From IMG/VR virus record IMGVR_UViG_3300031659_000053, positions 1-31,011 of that record: DNA of 31,011 nucleotides. One strand, written 5' to 3'. The notes beneath the pieces were generated by a model, which was not told the origin of the DNA, made no database searches, and saw nothing but the letters and a program-made list of their open reading frames with translations. The stretch is from a virus. Lineage: Duplodnaviria; Caudoviricetes. Numbering within the stretch: the first letter of the stretch is position 1; every line of letters begins with the position of its first letter. A program made the translations under genes and the position numbers. This document shows, piece by piece, positions 1 through 9,075 of the stretch.

Positions 1-1
1 T

Positions 2-445
2 TCTACCGACAAAGTACTCACATAGGGCAGTTATTGCGTGTTCACCGTTACCTATAGAATAGTAATCCATATGTCTATGACGTACAACATTCACTAGTTT
101 ATTGGCACCGACAACAGTCTTAATCCACGGATACTTTTCTTTTACGTATTTTGCTATCGCATTGTGTTTTGTAACAATGGTCAACTCACTGAAAGGTGAA
201 TAAGTAAAGAAGACACTAAACCCTATCCACTTGGTACTACTAGAAACCCGACTATCAACAAAGTCTTTTAGTTCTTCGATAGTCCACGCATCTACGAAGT
301 CTAAAACTTCGATGTCCCACTCACCAGTCTCCCTCATATGTGAGGCAATTCTATGTGCCCCTGTTCCCCTTACGGGTACTTCTGTAATATGATAATCTTC
401 GGGATACGAAAAACTAGCCCCAGTCAAAATTAAAGCATGGTTCAT
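2..445 (-). CDS. B12-binding-domain radical SAM-type protein, N-terminal part (runs off the window)
   Basis: Not in the ORF track. Hand translation from ATG at 445, which overlaps the gp4 stop as ATGA, is open to the edge: MNHALILTGASFSYP...RGTGAHRIASHMRETGEWDIEVLDF...TKWIGFSVFF...KEKYPWIKTVVGAN...DYYSIGNGEHAITAL. This fits the cobalamin-binding domain of class B radical SAM proteins (G..IAS.LR..G..V.V.D; IGFS; K..P....V.GG; D....GEGE). The CxxxCxxC motif would lie outside the window. Confidence 0.7.
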   Translation of the reverse strand, partial: MNHALILTGASFSYPEDYHITEVPVRGTGAHRIASHMRETGEWDIEVLDFVDAWTIEELKDFVDSRVSSSTKWIGFSVFFTYSPFSELTIVTKHNAIAKYVKEKYPWIKTVVGANKLVNVVRHRHMDYYSIGNGEHAITALCEYFVGR

Positions 446-942
446 TTCTTACGTTTTTTCCTAAAAGGTCTTAATGTTTTGCCTAATGGTTTCAGGGGTT
501 TTGTTGATTTGGGAATAAGACTCTTCAGGGGTTCGTTCTTCTCTGTCCATATGACGAACTTCCATCCTCGGTCTTGTGCGTACACATTTGCAGCTTCCCA
601 CTTATTTATATTCTTAACATAGGTCATACTTTCCGATATGAATCTTCTAGTCCTACGGTCACCAGCTGGTATCCTAGTTTCCTTCTCAGGTTTAATCTCG
701 ACCAAGTACGTTCTACCATCCTTATAAGATAACTTTAAATCCATAAAATATCTATGATAACGCTTGTCTACTTCATATAAGTATGGTATAATGACTTCTT
801 CGGAAGACCACTTTGCCAAATCTGGATTATCATCCGCCCAACGAAATGCGTGTTTCTCCCACAGAGAACGATAGGTAACCTTAGTGTGGTCGCCTTCATA
901 TTTCTCTGGATTTTTTACCTTGTATCTGCCCGAATATGCCAT
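442..942 (-). CDS. gp4: T4-like head completion protein gp4
   Basis: MAYSGRYKVKNPEKYEGD..VTYRSLWE..AFRW.D.NP...WSSEEVIIPY...HRYFMD...LVEIKP...N..KWEAA...GWKFVIWTE is the gp4 family signature. It lies divergent from gp48/gp53, as in marine T4-like phages. Confidence 0.93.
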   Translation of the reverse strand: MAYSGRYKVKNPEKYEGDHTKVTYRSLWEKHAFRWADDNPDLAKWSSEEVIIPYLYEVDKRYHRYFMDLKLSYKDGRTYLVEIKPEKETRIPAGDRRTRRFISESMTYVKNINKWEAANVYAQDRGWKFVIWTEKNEPLKSLIPKSTKPLKPLGKTLRPFRKKRKK

Positions 943-950
943 AAAAACCT

Positions 951-958
951 TATAAATA
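951..958 (+). promoter_or_regulatory. T4-type late promoter driving the baseplate operon
   Basis: Exact TATAAATA in the intergenic gap, 37 nt upstream of the ATG at 996. Confidence 0.85.
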
Positions 959-975
959 AAAGAAAACCATAGATG

Positions 976-983
976 TATTTATA
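976..983 (-). promoter_or_regulatory. T4-type late promoter driving gp4
   Basis: TATTTATA on + equals TATAAATA on -, 33 nt upstream of the gp4 ATG at 942. Confidence 0.8.
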
Positions 984-995
984 GGACAGGTAAGC

Positions 996-2078
996 ATGGC
1001 TACGGCACCAATAACAGAAGACCAGACAATCGCATTGCGACAGATAGCAGAAAACAAGAATGCTGTAGCAGAAGGCCGAGAACCACGCAAAATCGTTGGC
1101 GGACAAGATACTCAGGCAGTAAAAGAAAATTTAAAGTTAAAAGACCTTGAGTATCCATTGAATAATGCCGATGACTATAAAGGTAGACTCATCTTTAATG
1201 TGATGGAAGAAGCGGAGACTGATATTGGTAACGCACTTTCTACCGTTGTTGAACTTGGTACAACTGCGGTAACAGCCATTGCATCATCTATTGGTACAGA
1301 TAACCCCGAAGAAATACAAACAGGAAATACTGCGTTCAAGGGTGAGGATTCAAAAACACAACCAGTAACTAAACCTAAAGGATTGTCGGCTGTTGGTAGA
1401 AAGGTATCTTTATATCTTCCCGTAGGACTACAGTACCGTGATAACGTTGGTTATGATAACATGGACTTGGGTGCAATGGGTGGTGCGGCAGAAGCTGGAT
1501 TGAAGAGTGGAGAAGGTGCGATAAGGGGAATGATTGAAGGTGGATTCAAAACACTGACTTCTGGATTGTCGGGTAACGCTAACGCTGATGTTGCAAAACT
1601 TGCCACCGTAAAAATAATGAGTAATTTTCCTGATGAGATATCAGGAGCATTCAGGTCTGCAACAGGCGTAACATCAAATCCAAACACTCGTGTATTGTTC
1701 AAGTCTGTTACACTCAGAGAGTTTGCATTTGCGTTTAAGTTCTATCCATCCTCTAGAAAAGAAGCTGAGGAAGTAAAAGAAATTATTAAGTTATTCCGAA
1801 CAGAACTCTATCCCGAAAACATTAACTTAACGGTTGCTGGTAGTTCAATCTCCATTGGTTATAAGTTTCCTAATAAATTTAGAATCGATGTTGAGTATGA
1901 CGGTCAAGATATCGCAACAAAAATTAAACCTTGCTTTCTTAAAGATATTAGTGTAACATATAACAATACTGCAATGTCTATGCATTCTGATGGTAATTTT
2001 CAAGAGATTGAGATGTCGCTGTCCTTCCAAGAAACACGAACACTCAACAGAAAAGATGTTGAAGAGGATGGATTCTAA
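996..2078 (+). CDS. gp48: Baseplate tail-tube cap gp48-like
   Basis: LYLP..LQY.D.V.Y; NPNTRVLFKSVTLREFAFAFKFYPSSRKEAEEVKEIIKLFR; FPNKFRI; PCFLKDISVTY; SLSFQETRTL. It immediately precedes gp53. Confidence 0.85.
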   Translation: MATAPITEDQTIALRQIAENKNAVAEGREPRKIVGGQDTQAVKENLKLKDLEYPLNNADDYKGRLIFNVMEEAETDIGNALSTVVELGTTAVTAIASSIGTDNPEEIQTGNTAFKGEDSKTQPVTKPKGLSAVGRKVSLYLPVGLQYRDNVGYDNMDLGAMGGAAEAGLKSGEGAIRGMIEGGFKTLTSGLSGNANADVAKLATVKIMSNFPDEISGAFRSATGVTSNPNTRVLFKSVTLREFAFAFKFYPSSRKEAEEVKEIIKLFRTELYPENINLTVAGSSISIGYKFPNKFRIDVEYDGQDIATKIKPCFLKDISVTYNNTAMSMHSDGNFQEIEMSLSFQETRTLNRKDVEEDGF

Positions 2079-2827
2079 TGACAACAAAATACTTCCGCAA
2101 TTTTAATACAGTTGCATATAGATTTGGTGACAACGAAAAACCAGTCATGTTTAATGACTTGACCCAATACGTTGACATGATTGATGGTATAAAGGATAAC
2201 ATATCTTTCTATAATCAATACACCATCGTATCGGGTGATAGACCAGACACATTGTCCTATAAGTTATATGGTACAACGGATTACTATTGGACATTCTTTT
2301 TGTTAAATGACGATATACGTCAACAAGGATGGCCTGTACTCGCACACGAAATTCTTCCAACTGCTATATCAAAGTATCCGCATAGAACAGTAACCACGAA
2401 TGATGAGATTGCAACGAACTTTCCTGTAGGAACTACGGTAACTGGTACGACTAGTAATACGGTAGGAACTATTGTCGCAAGACGTTTAGAGTTTGGTCAA
2501 TTGATTATTGATACTGTAGATGATAACAACTTTGGCCCAACCGAGAGTATTCAGTACCTCAGTCAAGAGGGTGCTTTCTACACCGCACAACTTGTAAAAG
2601 AATCTACACAATATGATGCAATCCATCATTATATGGATTCCCAAGGTGTTTACCAAGACCTACCGTTGTTCGACTTTGCAAACCCATCAGCGCTTTGGAT
2701 ACCTGTCACATATAGGGACAGACTCAACATGGCTAACGAAGACTTAAAAGAAATCGTTGTCTTAAGACCCGATGTTATCACTAAGGTCGTTTCCGAGTTC
2801 AACAACTTTCATAAACAGGCAACCTAA
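2078..2827 (+). CDS. gp53: Baseplate wedge protein gp53
   Basis: KYFRNF..V.Y and YTIVSGDRPDTLSYKLYGTTDYYWTFFLLND...WP (LysM-like gp53 motif), plus HHY.D near the C-terminus. Confidence 0.9.
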   Translation: MTTKYFRNFNTVAYRFGDNEKPVMFNDLTQYVDMIDGIKDNISFYNQYTIVSGDRPDTLSYKLYGTTDYYWTFFLLNDDIRQQGWPVLAHEILPTAISKYPHRTVTTNDEIATNFPVGTTVTGTTSNTVGTIVARRLEFGQLIIDTVDDNNFGPTESIQYLSQEGAFYTAQLVKESTQYDAIHHYMDSQGVYQDLPLFDFANPSALWIPVTYRDRLNMANEDLKEIVVLRPDVITKVVSEFNNFHKQAT

Positions 2828-4191
2828 TGGCGTCTAAACCATCACAGTCGCAACAGTTCAAGATAACTGAAGCATCTATTACGGCTGACCGTTTCGGTGG
2901 TTTTGCTGCAAACTCATTCGACATTAGAACTTCTGTTGCGGAATTCAATGTCTTCGAAACTCTGGATAAACCCTACCTAACAGGTCAGGTTGTTATACTA
3001 GATGACAAAGCATTGTTTGATAAGATTAACTTTCAGGGAACCGAAAGGTTTCGAATAAAGATGTCTTCTGTAGACAATGATTTGGATACAGTATTTGAAC
3101 GCACCTTTGCCATGACAGGAATCGAACGTTCGGTTAAGTCTAATGACAACGGAAAATCAAGTGTCTATGTATTCACACTATTGGATGAACACGCATTTTT
3201 ATCTAGTCTGAAGAAGATTAGTAAATCTTTTAATGGAAGGATTGATGAGGTTCTAATTAAGTTGTTGGCTACAGAGATGAATCTTGATATAGACTTGTCA
3301 TACTTATTTCTACCCAATGGAGTAAGGTCGCTTCCGTTACAAAGTGATATGAAAGGAATCATTCCTAACCTATCACCAATCGAGGCGGTTAACTGGTTGA
3401 CCAAACGTGCGACTACGGTTACAGGTTCTCCATTCTTTACCTATGCGTCAATGCACGACAACAATCTACGTCTGGGTAATCTGGACTCCATGTTATCACA
3501 AAAAGCGTTTAACAAAGAGTTACCATACACATTCAATCCCGCAAACGTATCGAACGCAGAATCACAAACCGAATTTGAAAAGACCTTTACAATTAAGGCA
3601 ATTAAGACATCAAAGATGGCCAACACACTGAATCTTATTAGACAGGGTGCAGTCGGAGCAACATACCAGAACACAAACTTAAACACTGGACAGGTATTTA
3701 AGACTCATCACACTATAAGGAATGTCCTAGATAGACTACAGAGTGATAGTATTATAGGTGCCAATCAGGGTGTGTTTGACCGAGAATTCAAAGTAGACGG
3801 TATTAAGGTAGATGAGTATAACTCTCATGTATACCATACAGTCACTTCTACGGGTACTTACGGTAGACATAAAAGTTATCACGATGAACATGACGGAACT
3901 AAGTTTAAAAAGAAACTTGAGAGTCGTGCAATACTAAATCATCTGTACAAGAATATGTTAAATATTGTGGTAGAGGGTGCGGGTTTTATTGTATCGAAAG
4001 CAGGGGTCGGTGACGTTATCAATCTAAAAGTAGTTAACGATAACGTAGAGTCATCGAACGCAGCAACCGAAGATGACCTAATAGACAAAAACAAATCTGG
4101 TGATTTTATCATATATGATACAAGACACACCTTTGCTGGAACCTCACACACAGTGTCAATGAACCTGTGTAAACTGGAGAGACTTCCATAA
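2827..4191 (+). CDS. Putative baseplate hub protein (gp27-like)
   Basis: FNVFETLDKPYLTGQVVILDD...INFQGTERFRI at the N-terminus and SGDFIIYDTRHTF at the C-terminus are typical of contractile-tail hub proteins. It sits between gp53 and gp5. Confidence 0.65.
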   Translation: MASKPSQSQQFKITEASITADRFGGFAANSFDIRTSVAEFNVFETLDKPYLTGQVVILDDKALFDKINFQGTERFRIKMSSVDNDLDTVFERTFAMTGIERSVKSNDNGKSSVYVFTLLDEHAFLSSLKKISKSFNGRIDEVLIKLLATEMNLDIDLSYLFLPNGVRSLPLQSDMKGIIPNLSPIEAVNWLTKRATTVTGSPFFTYASMHDNNLRLGNLDSMLSQKAFNKELPYTFNPANVSNAESQTEFEKTFTIKAIKTSKMANTLNLIRQGAVGATYQNTNLNTGQVFKTHHTIRNVLDRLQSDSIIGANQGVFDREFKVDGIKVDEYNSHVYHTVTSTGTYGRHKSYHDEHDGTKFKKKLESRAILNHLYKNMLNIVVEGAGFIVSKAGVGDVINLKVVNDNVESSNAATEDDLIDKNKSGDFIIYDTRHTFAGTSHTVSMNLCKLERLP

Positions 4192-5048
4192 TGAAACCGA
4201 TTTTATCTGAGTTCTATGGTGACAACACACGATGGTTCATTGCAACTGTTGTTGACGCATCACCCCCATACGGTTTCGAAGGACGGGTAAGAATCCGTGT
4301 ACACGGTCTCCACACACCATCGACTAGACTAATTCCTCAGAGTGACTTACCATGGGCACAATGTGTCGTTCCCACTACAGAAGGTGGTGTATCTGGTATA
4401 GGTAGAATGCCGCAACTACAACCGAGCGCATTGGTATTCGGTATGTTTATGGATGGCATGAATTCCCAGACGCCTGTCGTATTGGGTTCTCTTCCTCATG
4501 TGGAGTTTCCTACTAGTCAACAAATTGGACAGAAGAAGGAAGATATAGGAAACGATAACAAACCAGAGACTTTGTGGGAAAGAACTGTTGAAGTACTACA
4601 ACCAAAAGAAATCGATATACAAAACGAGAATACTGGCAATATCAATAACCTAGTTAAACTACAACGAGAGAAGACCGCAGTAAAATTCTTTTTGAATCTT
4701 GGATATTCTATAAAACAATCCATTGGTCTCACCTCGGCTCTATCTTTTTCTTCGGGAATGCGACCAAGTGTTAATCCCCAGTCAAAAGGATTAGCGAACT
4801 TTACGCAAAATCGTTACAGTGATTTACAGAAGTTTTCACCTAGTTTTGATAGGTTTCTTACCCAACTATCTTTTGTCGCATACGAACTAAACGGTTCACA
4901 GACGGCCGCAAACATTAGATTGTTACAATCAAAACGACTTGAAGAGAAGGGTATATGTCACATCATTGCAAAATACTATCTTGGTGATGTTGAGAAGACT
5001 AAACAAATTGAATTAACAGCTGGTCGTATGATGGATAGGATAGGTTAA
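4191..5048 (+). CDS. gp5 N-terminal OB-fold protein fused to a degenerate phage tail lysozyme-like domain
   Basis: WFIATVVD...GRVRIRVHGLH...DLPWA...P...G.SG.G.......VFGMFMDG..SQ.PVVLG matches the Gp5 OB fold. The C-terminal AVKFFLNLGYSIKQSIGLTSALSFSSGM.P...GLANFT..R...L..F....TQLSFVAYEL resembles Phage_lysozyme2. Confidence 0.8.
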   Translation: MKPILSEFYGDNTRWFIATVVDASPPYGFEGRVRIRVHGLHTPSTRLIPQSDLPWAQCVVPTTEGGVSGIGRMPQLQPSALVFGMFMDGMNSQTPVVLGSLPHVEFPTSQQIGQKKEDIGNDNKPETLWERTVEVLQPKEIDIQNENTGNINNLVKLQREKTAVKFFLNLGYSIKQSIGLTSALSFSSGMRPSVNPQSKGLANFTQNRYSDLQKFSPSFDRFLTQLSFVAYELNGSQTAANIRLLQSKRLEEKGICHIIAKYYLGDVEKTKQIELTAGRMMDRIG

Positions 5049-6973
5049 TGGCAGAGTTAAAGAAAGCAGACTTAAATCTCAACCTTGTTTCTGAAGCAAG
5101 AAAGAAAGAGGCACAGAATGTACTCTTCAAAGGAAAAGCGGATAAGGCAATTGATGAGGTGTTCGTCAAGACATCTACCCTAGTCGGTAAGGTTGACGGA
5201 GAAGTCTTGGGTGGTATTAAAACACTTGGACAGTCTGCTAGTTCAGCTGAAGAAGTTATTACTGCGGGTATCGGTGCATTAACCGACAAGATGCCTAGTC
5301 TCAGTGGAATCAAATTACCGAACATATCACAAACAGATAGTGATGGTATTGTAACGGATATGACATCATTAACAGGTCTTCCTGCTATCAAGTGTAACAA
5401 CCCTAATTCTGGGATGGAGGCTATATCTGATGGCACACCTCAGAGTATTGCGGAGTGTGTCGCATTGGTCGAGGGTGCAACCAAAAAATCACTCGAAGAT
5501 ATCTCTGCATTCACTTCTATCATAGAAGCACAGAACGCCACAGGTCTGGGTAGTAGTGGTGGGTTTTTTGGTAAGATTTCTGCTGCACTATCGGTATTGA
5601 GTATTGGTAACCTATTACCAGAAATAGAGGCACTCGCACCAATCAGAGACTTGAATGATAAGATAGGTGAGTTCCAAGACAAAATCGAATTGGGTATTAA
5701 AGACGCAACAGGAGAACTCTTTGCTGGTCTTGAAGGTGTTGGTGACCAAGTCGTAAACTCTACGCAGATTCAGGGTATGGTAGCTACAATCAATAAGGCA
5801 AAGTCTGAACTAAAATCATTCACAGATTTAAGTGATGTCGTAACTACAGGATTGACCGATAAACTTTCGGTTGTTAAGGACTTCGTTGATGATGTTGATA
5901 ACTTTGTTGACGAGTTCGATGGAAGGGTTAGTGAAGGACTAGGTGGTGTTTTACAGAATTTAGGAGAAGGACTGACGGGTGCTGCTAATAATTTCATTAA
6001 CAATTTAGTGCCAGGCGGGGTCTCTGCATCCGAAACAGAACGAAAGGCAATACTGAAACAGTTCTCCTTGGGAGATGACACAGAGAAAGCAGCTGCAGTA
6101 AAGACACTTGTTACCAAATCAAATACAGTTTCCGCTGCAATGAAACAGGTATTCGAGGATGTGAAACCACAACCAACTGCATCCGATTTAAATAACGCTA
6201 TTACAGATGAAGCTAGAAGACGAGGTATCCCAGAAAAAGAAATCAGTGAAGCTTCCGAAGTACTTGCGACCATCGATAGTAAGATGAAAAAACTAGACAC
6301 TACAATCAGTGGTACAGTTGTTGTTGATGCTGGTATATTTGACGAAGCAATACCTATTGATGAGAACAACCAGAAATGGAGTGGTCGAAATAGTCCTGAA
6401 GATACATTTACCTATGTCGCATCTGTCGAAGAACTTGATGCTGAGTTTGCAACAGTCAAGAGAGAAGTGACCGAGGTTATCGTTCACGCATCCGAAACAT
6501 ATACGAACAAAGACATTGGTGCAATTGAAATAAACAACCTACAGATTGAACTGGGTCATGACGGTATTGGTTACCACTATGTCATTAGAAGAGATGGTAG
6601 ACTACAACGTGCTCGTCCAGTGAGTCGTATCGGTGACCACGCTGTGGTAAATGGACACGACACTTTCTCTATAGGTATCGTTTTAGTAGGTGGTCTAAAT
6701 ATATCTGCGGGTGATGACAATCCTACAGATTACAAATCTGCACAGTCGTTTACTCGTCAACAGTACACGACTCTTGAGAAGTTCTTGAGAAGTTTCTACA
6801 GGAAATATCCTGGCGGTCAGGTGTTCGGTCATAATGATGTAGATGAGAATGAACTTGACCCATACTTTGATGTGTCAGATTATGTTGAATCGGTATTCAG
6901 AAAAGAAAACAAACTGATAGAACCGTCAACAAAAGGGCCCTTGAGTCCAGCGGAGATTAATAGTGACAACTAA
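5048..6973 (+). CDS. Baseplate-associated protein: long helical N-terminus plus C-terminal N-acetylmuramoyl-L-alanine amidase (T7-lysozyme/Amidase_2 type)
   Basis: VIVHASET...IGYHYVIRRDG..QRARP....GDHA....SIGIVLVGG...FT..QY..L......YP...VFGHND.....DPYFDV aligns by eye to T7 lysozyme. Confidence 0.85.
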   Translation: MAELKKADLNLNLVSEARKKEAQNVLFKGKADKAIDEVFVKTSTLVGKVDGEVLGGIKTLGQSASSAEEVITAGIGALTDKMPSLSGIKLPNISQTDSDGIVTDMTSLTGLPAIKCNNPNSGMEAISDGTPQSIAECVALVEGATKKSLEDISAFTSIIEAQNATGLGSSGGFFGKISAALSVLSIGNLLPEIEALAPIRDLNDKIGEFQDKIELGIKDATGELFAGLEGVGDQVVNSTQIQGMVATINKAKSELKSFTDLSDVVTTGLTDKLSVVKDFVDDVDNFVDEFDGRVSEGLGGVLQNLGEGLTGAANNFINNLVPGGVSASETERKAILKQFSLGDDTEKAAAVKTLVTKSNTVSAAMKQVFEDVKPQPTASDLNNAITDEARRRGIPEKEISEASEVLATIDSKMKKLDTTISGTVVVDAGIFDEAIPIDENNQKWSGRNSPEDTFTYVASVEELDAEFATVKREVTEVIVHASETYTNKDIGAIEINNLQIELGHDGIGYHYVIRRDGRLQRARPVSRIGDHAVVNGHDTFSIGIVLVGGLNISAGDDNPTDYKSAQSFTRQQYTTLEKFLRSFYRKYPGGQVFGHNDVDENELDPYFDVSDYVESVFRKENKLIEPSTKGPLSPAEINSDN

Positions 6974-8465
6974 ACAAGACAATTTTGATATCCGAGTGGA
7001 GAAACTGGGAGTGGGTACAGAGAATACCCTTGGTGTACCTAATGATGGTATGCAAGACCCCACTGGTGAATATCCAAAGAGAGAATATAACTACGGTTCT
7101 TCAATCAACAAAGCTGCTCGTGGACTTAGTGTTAATGAGTTGTATGTTGGGGGTGGTGATGTTGGTGTCTCTCTTAATATAGAAAAACAACGTCCTTCCG
7201 AGTTTCCGTTTAATCAAGTACAAGAGACTCCTTCGGGTCATATTGTCGAATACGATGATACGCCTGGCGGTGAACGTATTCTTATAAAACATCGTACTGG
7301 TGCTGGTGTTGAGATGCGGGCAGATGGCACTCTTGTCATCTCTGCGGTCAATAACAAAGTAGAAGTTACTGGTGGTGACCAGACGGTTATCATTGAAGGT
7401 AACGGTAACCTAGTGTATCAAGGTAATCTCAACCTTAAAGTCACTGGTGACTATAACGTGGACGTAGGTGGAAACTATAACGTCAATGTTGCTGGTAGTC
7501 AAAACGAGTCTATAGAACACAATCATAAGACAACCGTGACAGGTAACTCCGAGTATATTACTAAGAAGACCAAGACAACTAGAACGGTTGGAACAAGCAC
7601 TGACCAAATGTTATCAGACTTCAACCAACACGTCAAGTTTGATATGAAGACTCTTGTTCAAGGTAATGTTCAGGTGTCTTCTGAGGACACTATACTACTC
7701 ACGGGTAAGGAAGCGTTCGCTGCAACGAGTAAGAACACTAACATTACAGGTGCAAAGTTTGTATCAGTAATGGGTCAGAAAGGTGCAATCGGTGGACGAA
7801 TGGTAGACTTCACAGGTAACGCCTTTATGGGTGGTGAAGGTGCGGTTCCATTTAACTCTGGTGCTGCGTTCTACGGAACATTGTTTGGTAAAGCATCTGA
7901 AGCAATTTCGGCCGACCAAGCAGACAAATGTGATTTGGCATTAAGGTCATTCTGGGCAACCAATGCTGGTGCTGCGACCACAGCAGTAACCGCAGGAACC
8001 GCTGCGACAGGTGCTGCAACATTCACCGTCCCAACGGTATTATCAGCTGCGGTTCATGTTCCAGTATTGGTTCAAGAACAGCAATATACCAGTTCTGGTC
8101 AGGGTAATGGCCCAATCAATGGTGAGTTTGTCGTAGGACATTCTACCAATGGTGATTACTCAATTAGAACTGTGGTCATCGATGGTGGTGACATACTAAA
8201 GAATAAAACCCTATTGACCGATGATTATTTTGATGTGTTCGATAAGATACCAACGACCCAAGAGATTCGTTCTGCGTTTAGGAACTCATCTTCTAGAAGT
8301 GTTGTTGGTGGTGTACTTGTTTCGGAAGAAAGACTTAATTCAGAATATAAGACAAAGACTCCTCCTGCCATTGGTAGAACCGTGAAGAAGTCTCCGTCAT
8401 CTAGATTTGGTTTTGAATCGATTGGTAATGCAATTGAAAATAGAGGAAAGAGATTCACAAGATGA
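6963..8465 (+). CDS. gp5 C-terminal beta-helix (tail spike/needle) protein
   Basis: GTG start. DPTGEYP; FPFNQVQETPSGHIVEYDDTPGGERILIKHRTG..VEM..DG, then VxGN/VxGD 8-residue beta-helix repeats characteristic of the gp5 C-terminus. Confidence 0.85.
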   Translation: MTTKQDNFDIRVEKLGVGTENTLGVPNDGMQDPTGEYPKREYNYGSSINKAARGLSVNELYVGGGDVGVSLNIEKQRPSEFPFNQVQETPSGHIVEYDDTPGGERILIKHRTGAGVEMRADGTLVISAVNNKVEVTGGDQTVIIEGNGNLVYQGNLNLKVTGDYNVDVGGNYNVNVAGSQNESIEHNHKTTVTGNSEYITKKTKTTRTVGTSTDQMLSDFNQHVKFDMKTLVQGNVQVSSEDTILLTGKEAFAATSKNTNITGAKFVSVMGQKGAIGGRMVDFTGNAFMGGEGAVPFNSGAAFYGTLFGKASEAISADQADKCDLALRSFWATNAGAATTAVTAGTAATGAATFTVPTVLSAAVHVPVLVQEQQYTSSGQGNGPINGEFVVGHSTNGDYSIRTVVIDGGDILKNKTLLTDDYFDVFDKIPTTQEIRSAFRNSSSRSVVGGVLVSEERLNSEYKTKTPPAIGRTVKKSPSSRFGFESIGNAIENRGKRFTR

Positions 8466-9055
8466 TAGTATTAGTTGACCCAGTATATAACCCAGAGTTT
8501 AAGACCAACATCACATCGTTGACCAAGCTTGCGCCAGGCATTACTGTTGCAAAGTTCCTTGGTGCGTATGGTGATAGAACCCCATTCAATCATGTGACTA
8601 GTGAGACTAAGAGAAAAACAATTGCACGAAACTTGTATCTACAAGCAGAAGCAATGAGAATCATTAATGGTAATATCGAGAATTTTAATGACATTCGTTT
8701 GATTGTATCAGAAGGTGTTTATGACCTCAAAGATATTGATGACGGTGATGAGGTCATGGAGAAGAAATCAGATGGTCGTTTAGTCTATTATCAAGTAATA
8801 GGTCAAGACGGTAAAATCAATCTGGAACAAACGTTTGATGTTGCGGAGTATTGGAAAGACTATATCAATTTCGGTAAACTATATCTGGACTATGATAACT
8901 ATAATCCAGACGGTAGTATTACTGCACAGATTGGTCTAGAGTTTCCACAAGCTCCAACTTCCTTTGATATCTCATTTAGTGGAGATGTTGGGACTTATTT
9001 TAATAATGAGTTAATGAGTTCAGATGAATTAATAGAAATAAAGGAAAGTGACTAA
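8462..9055 (+). CDS. Hypothetical baseplate-region protein, possible catalytically dead peptidase M15 fold
   Basis: ATGA overlap with the upstream gene. The pattern KLAPGITVAKF..RNL..LIVSEGVY..K..GR.V.Y..VAEYWKDYINFGKLYLDY...PDG...QIGL parallels M15 (LS.NF.L.E..NL..ISSGYR..H..G.AAD..A.WI...FDQLILE...WIHVS) without the Zn ligands. Confidence 0.45.
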   Translation: MIVLVDPVYNPEFKTNITSLTKLAPGITVAKFLGAYGDRTPFNHVTSETKRKTIARNLYLQAEAMRIINGNIENFNDIRLIVSEGVYDLKDIDDGDEVMEKKSDGRLVYYQVIGQDGKINLEQTFDVAEYWKDYINFGKLYLDYDNYNPDGSITAQIGLEFPQAPTSFDISFSGDVGTYFNNELMSSDELIEIKESD

Positions 9056-9062
9056 AAAGTCA

Positions 9063-9070
9063 TATAAATA
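9063..9070 (+). promoter_or_regulatory. T4-type late promoter upstream of gp25
   Basis: Exact TATAAATA in a 20-nt intergenic gap, 5 nt before the ATG at 9076. Confidence 0.8.
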
Positions 9071-9075
9071 GAACT

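Noticed and set aside
442-942. gp4 as a TnsA-like transposase or homing endonuclease
   Set aside because: The nuclease-like motif is intrinsic to the gp4 family, and the gene is in its usual position with no element ends.
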